Shown in pieces: positions 61,278 through 64,000 of a stretch of DNA of 64,000 nucleotides (position 1 is the stretch's first letter; every line of letters starts with the position of its first letter). The position numbers and the translations under genes are program-made. Below the pieces are notes generated by a model. It was not told where the DNA came from. It was given only the letters and a program-made list of their open reading frames with translations, and made no database searches. Source of the DNA: Obrimoposthia wandeli (Eukaryota); assembly GCA_977020255.1 (NCBI GenBank), contig CDROCS010001089.1, positions 558,001-622,000 of the forward strand, written 5' to 3'.

Positions 61278-61629
61278 ATTTATTCTCTTAATGAGGGAAC
61301 ATGTTGATTAGTGTGCATCGAGAAACTAGTAACCTGTCGCGAGCGCAATTTAATCGTTCGCATTAAGGGGTTGTTTCAAGATAGAGATTAATGAAGTCGT
61401 TTAAGATTAAAATGTTGTGCTTCAAAAATATATAAAGCAAATTCACTTTATTGTTCTCAAAAACGCAACGCTCCATTTAGTTATGAAGTAGGTTTCCACA
61501 CGATTTATTTTGGTAATCAAAACATCACGGAAATAAAACTCAAGAGTAAAAAATTTAACGAGAGCATAGGGAAGGCATTGTTTCCTAGGAGTTCATTGCA
61601 GTGCTAAAATGGCGCGTAATTTTTAGCTA

Positions 61630-61881
61630 ATGAATAACAACACTTTTGAGGATGCTATGCATAAACTTGAACGCTTCTACTTTCCCTTTTTCATGGCGCT
61701 ATTTATGTCATGCATTATGTCGTTTGTTTTAACTGCATTACATATGGGGTTTAGTAGTGAGCTATTCACTAAATGGTTAGAAGCTTGGGGTGTGGCGTTT
61801 ATGGTGGCATTTCCAGCGGTTGTTTTTGTGGCTCCTGTGGTGCTAAAAATATGCACAGCACTGAAAAGTAAAACTAAATAA
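61630..61881 (+). CDS. DUF2798 family small membrane protein
   Basis: FMALFMSCIMS, WLEAWGVAFMVAFP. Confidence 0.85.
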   Translation: MNNNTFEDAMHKLERFYFPFFMALFMSCIMSFVLTALHMGFSSELFTKWLEAWGVAFMVAFPAVVFVAPVVLKICTALKSKTK

Positions 61882-61953
61882 AGTGTTTACAAGAGCTGTG
61901 CCCGCACGTTTTAAATCAAATGCAGTGACGTAAATGTATTAGAGCGTTAATCG

Positions 61954-62694
61954 TTAATACAAACCTTGAAAAGTGTTGCGCGTTGCTGCTGCAAAGTAGC
62001 TATCTATAAGGGTTGTGTAATCAAATACTAATCTGCCCGTCGCTTTTTGCACAGCATTCGCATAGGGAGGTAAATTTGAGCATTCAAGCAAAATAGGGCC
62101 AACTTCAGGGTGCTCTTCAATCATTTTAAGTGCAGTGGCTACCACTTCTTGTTGGACTTTTTCAGGCTCTAAGGTGCCTGTTTCATCTAATATTGGTGCT
62201 CGAAAATATGGCTGATCTTGTAAGCCGTAAATAACGGCGCTATCGGGGTTTTGCAAACCTGCTATAGCCAGTAATTCATGGCTTAAACGCTGTTTGTTCG
62301 CACAGATTATGCCTATTTTTTGGTGTGCGCCTATAGTGCGTTCCAGCATAGGTAATTGCACTAAGCTTGATAGAATCACCGGGATATTAACGGCATCAGC
62401 CACTTTTTTTTGATAGCGTACCATATAGCCGCAATCACTGGTGATCGCCTTTACACCCATACTCTCCATGTATTTAGCAACTTCAATCACATTATCGATT
62501 AAAGACTCATCGCCTTGCTCAATTAGCCTTTCTAAAGTGACATCTGGTACTGTTTTATAAAGTACTGGGTAGTTGTAAGTAGAGGCATTGCCTACATCTC
62601 CGGGTATAAAAGGAGTAGAGCAATCAATCAGCAAAATGCCGATGCCAAATCCGTAACTATCGGCTTGAGGGCGCACGTGATATTGAGTTGTCAT
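61954..62694 (-). CDS. Aspartate/glutamate racemase superfamily protein
   Basis: PFIPGDVGNASTYNYPV, ITSDCGY and ILLECSNLPPY (two Cys motifs). Confidence 0.78.
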   Translation of the reverse strand: MTTQYHVRPQADSYGFGIGILLIDCSTPFIPGDVGNASTYNYPVLYKTVPDVTLERLIEQGDESLIDNVIEVAKYMESMGVKAITSDCGYMVRYQKKVADAVNIPVILSSLVQLPMLERTIGAHQKIGIICANKQRLSHELLAIAGLQNPDSAVIYGLQDQPYFRAPILDETGTLEPEKVQQEVVATALKMIEEHPEVGPILLECSNLPPYANAVQKATGRLVFDYTTLIDSYFAAATRNTFQGLY

Positions 62695-62850
62695 TTAGCT
62701 AATCTCCTATGCTGCTTAACTTAAAATGAGAGTTAAAAATAATCTTTTGCAGGAGTATATGGGAATTTGGAAGTGAACACGAGGCGGGTGAATGAGTGGT
62801 AATTATGATTACGCGGGCTGGGATGTTTAGATCTAAAAAAGAGGGTTTAA

Positions 62851-62890
62851 TTTCTCTTAAACTCTCTTAAACTCTCTTAAACTCTCTTAA
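62851..62890. repeat. Decamer tandem repeat (ACTCTCTTAA)x3 plus one variant unit
   Basis: TTTCTCTTAA ACTCTCTTAA ACTCTCTTAA ACTCTCTTAA abutting a terminator stem. Confidence 0.92.
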
Positions 62891-62918
62891 GCCCTGCCGT
62901 TATAGGGCAGGGTTTAAG
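62886..62918 (-). terminator. Hairpin downstream of MCP gene
   Basis: CTTAAGCCCTGCC / GGCAGGGTTTAAG 13-bp stem with one non-Watson-Crick pair. Confidence 0.7.
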
Positions 62919-62930
62919 AACTTGCTATTC

Positions 62931-64000
62931 TTACAACTTAAAGTAGCTCACTTGAGCTTTAAGTTGCGCTGAGAGTTCTTCTAGTGCGAAAGCAGCGCTA
63001 GAGTTATCTTGTAATGTCACGCCAGTATGTTGTGACATACTCGAAATCTCTTCAACACTTTGATTCACACTGGCAATAGTATCAACTTGATCATTGGTAG
63101 CCTCTACGACTTCTTTGATCTTTAGCAGTGAATCTTCAGCGTGATGTTGAATGTTTTCGAGTAGGTTGTTGGCTTCCTGTGTTAGAGCTAAGCCGCTGTC
63201 AACTTGTGGCACTGTGGTTTGCATGGCAGTAACCGTTTCTTGGGTATTAGTTTGTACTTGGCTAATCATCGTTTCGATTTCACCGGTTGCCGAGCCGGTA
63301 CGTTGTGCTAAGTGCCTGACCTCATCCGCAACCACTGCAAAGCCACGGCCTGATTCACCGGCTCTTGCCGCTTCAATAGCCGCGTTTAATGCTAGCAGAT
63401 TGGTTTGTTCAGAAATTTCACGAATCACATTGGCGATACTACCAATAGCCAATACTCTCTCTTGAAGAATATTAACTTGATCTACTGAGGCTTTAACTGT
63501 GTTGGATATTTTTTCGATTTCAGTGGCCACTTCAAGTACCGCAGCGCGTCCTTTTTGTGACAACTCAAAGGTTAAAGTCGAGTTTTCATCGGTTTGTTGT
63601 ACTTTATCAACAATCGAACTAAGGCTTTGATTCATTTGATCTAAGTTCTGGGCCGCGGTAGCGGTGACTGCATTTTGCTGTTGCGCCGCACTCAGTGCAC
63701 TCTTTGATCCAGAAGCAACCGTACTTGCCTGCTTAGAAAGCTGTGAAGAGGCAGTCATAATGCCAGTAACGGTTTGCTTGAGCTTTGTTTGCATCACCGA
63801 TACTGAGTGCATCATGCTATGTTGATTGCTGACCCCAATTTGCTGGCTTAAATCACCTTGTGAAATGCTCGCTACAACTGAAGAAGCGGTAGCCGGCTCG
63901 CCACCTAAAGCCAGCTTTATACTGCGCCCTATTAGTAAGGCGATAATCAAACCGAAAAATACTGCCACTGCTAACAGCGATATCATCCACCATTGAAAAC
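62931..64000 (-). CDS. Methyl-accepting chemotaxis protein, 3' part (5' end outside window)
   Basis: [37 protein letters not shown]; TM2 plus LGGEP HAMP-like linker; frame open to the window edge. Confidence 0.97.
   Translation of the reverse strand, partial: FQWWMISLLAVAVFFGLIIALLIGRSIKLALGGEPATASSVVASISQGDLSQQIGVSNQHSMMHSVSVMQTKLKQTVTGIMTASSQLSKQASTVASGSKSALSAAQQQNAVTATAAQNLDQMNQSLSSIVDKVQQTDENSTLTFELSQKGRAAVLEVATEIEKISNTVKASVDQVNILQERVLAIGSIANVIREISEQTNLLALNAAIEAARAGESGRGFAVVADEVRHLAQRTGSATGEIETMISQVQTNTQETVTAMQTTVPQVDSGLALTQEANNLLENIQHHAEDSLLKIKEVVEATNDQVDTIASVNQSVEEISSMSQHTGVTLQDNSSAAFALEELSAQLKAQVSYFKL

Overview
AT-rich marine-type gammaproteobacterial chromosome segment (Oceanospirillales-like gene order and content; taxonomy inferred, not determined) spanning the replication origin. 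Core block: gyrB-recF-dnaN-dnaA / DnaA-box region / rpmH (missed by the ORF track)-rnpA-yidC-mnmE. It lacks yidD, and no mnmG(gidA)-rsmG-parAB follows mnmE, although a second DnaA-box patch survives there. Left flank: 3' end of an ArgE-like deacetylase, argP-argO, a LysR / flavin monooxygenase-RidA-DUF1028 catabolic unit, MFS, and an AraC-YHS-MAPEG stress unit. Right flank: an AT-rich accessory patch (GFA, frameshifted DUF2938 and MerR pair, GGDEF-EAL, VOC, dsbB-dsbA), an RpiR/HexR regulator, cysZ, phoBR, ubiCA, a thioredoxin-fold/pseudo-receiver/GGDEF fusion and pstSCAB-phoU with three PHO boxes. Further right are an XRE-NBR1(FW) fusion divergent from a stand-alone ABC-type ATPase, an orphan dehydrogenase-ALDH-acetyltransferase-VOC-amidohydrolase-LysR cluster, and a partial MCP. 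The best non-ORF signals are (i) an unannotated CsrB/RsmZ-like sRNA candidate (five GGA-loop hairpins, minus strand, about 48070-48241) and (ii) a 151-bp MITE-like insertion with a 9-bp target duplication, whose right 67 bp recur 5.8 kb away at the end of the ArgE-like gene. No rRNA, tRNA, CRISPR array, integrase or transposase was recognised. All family calls are from motif recognition by eye; no database search was run.
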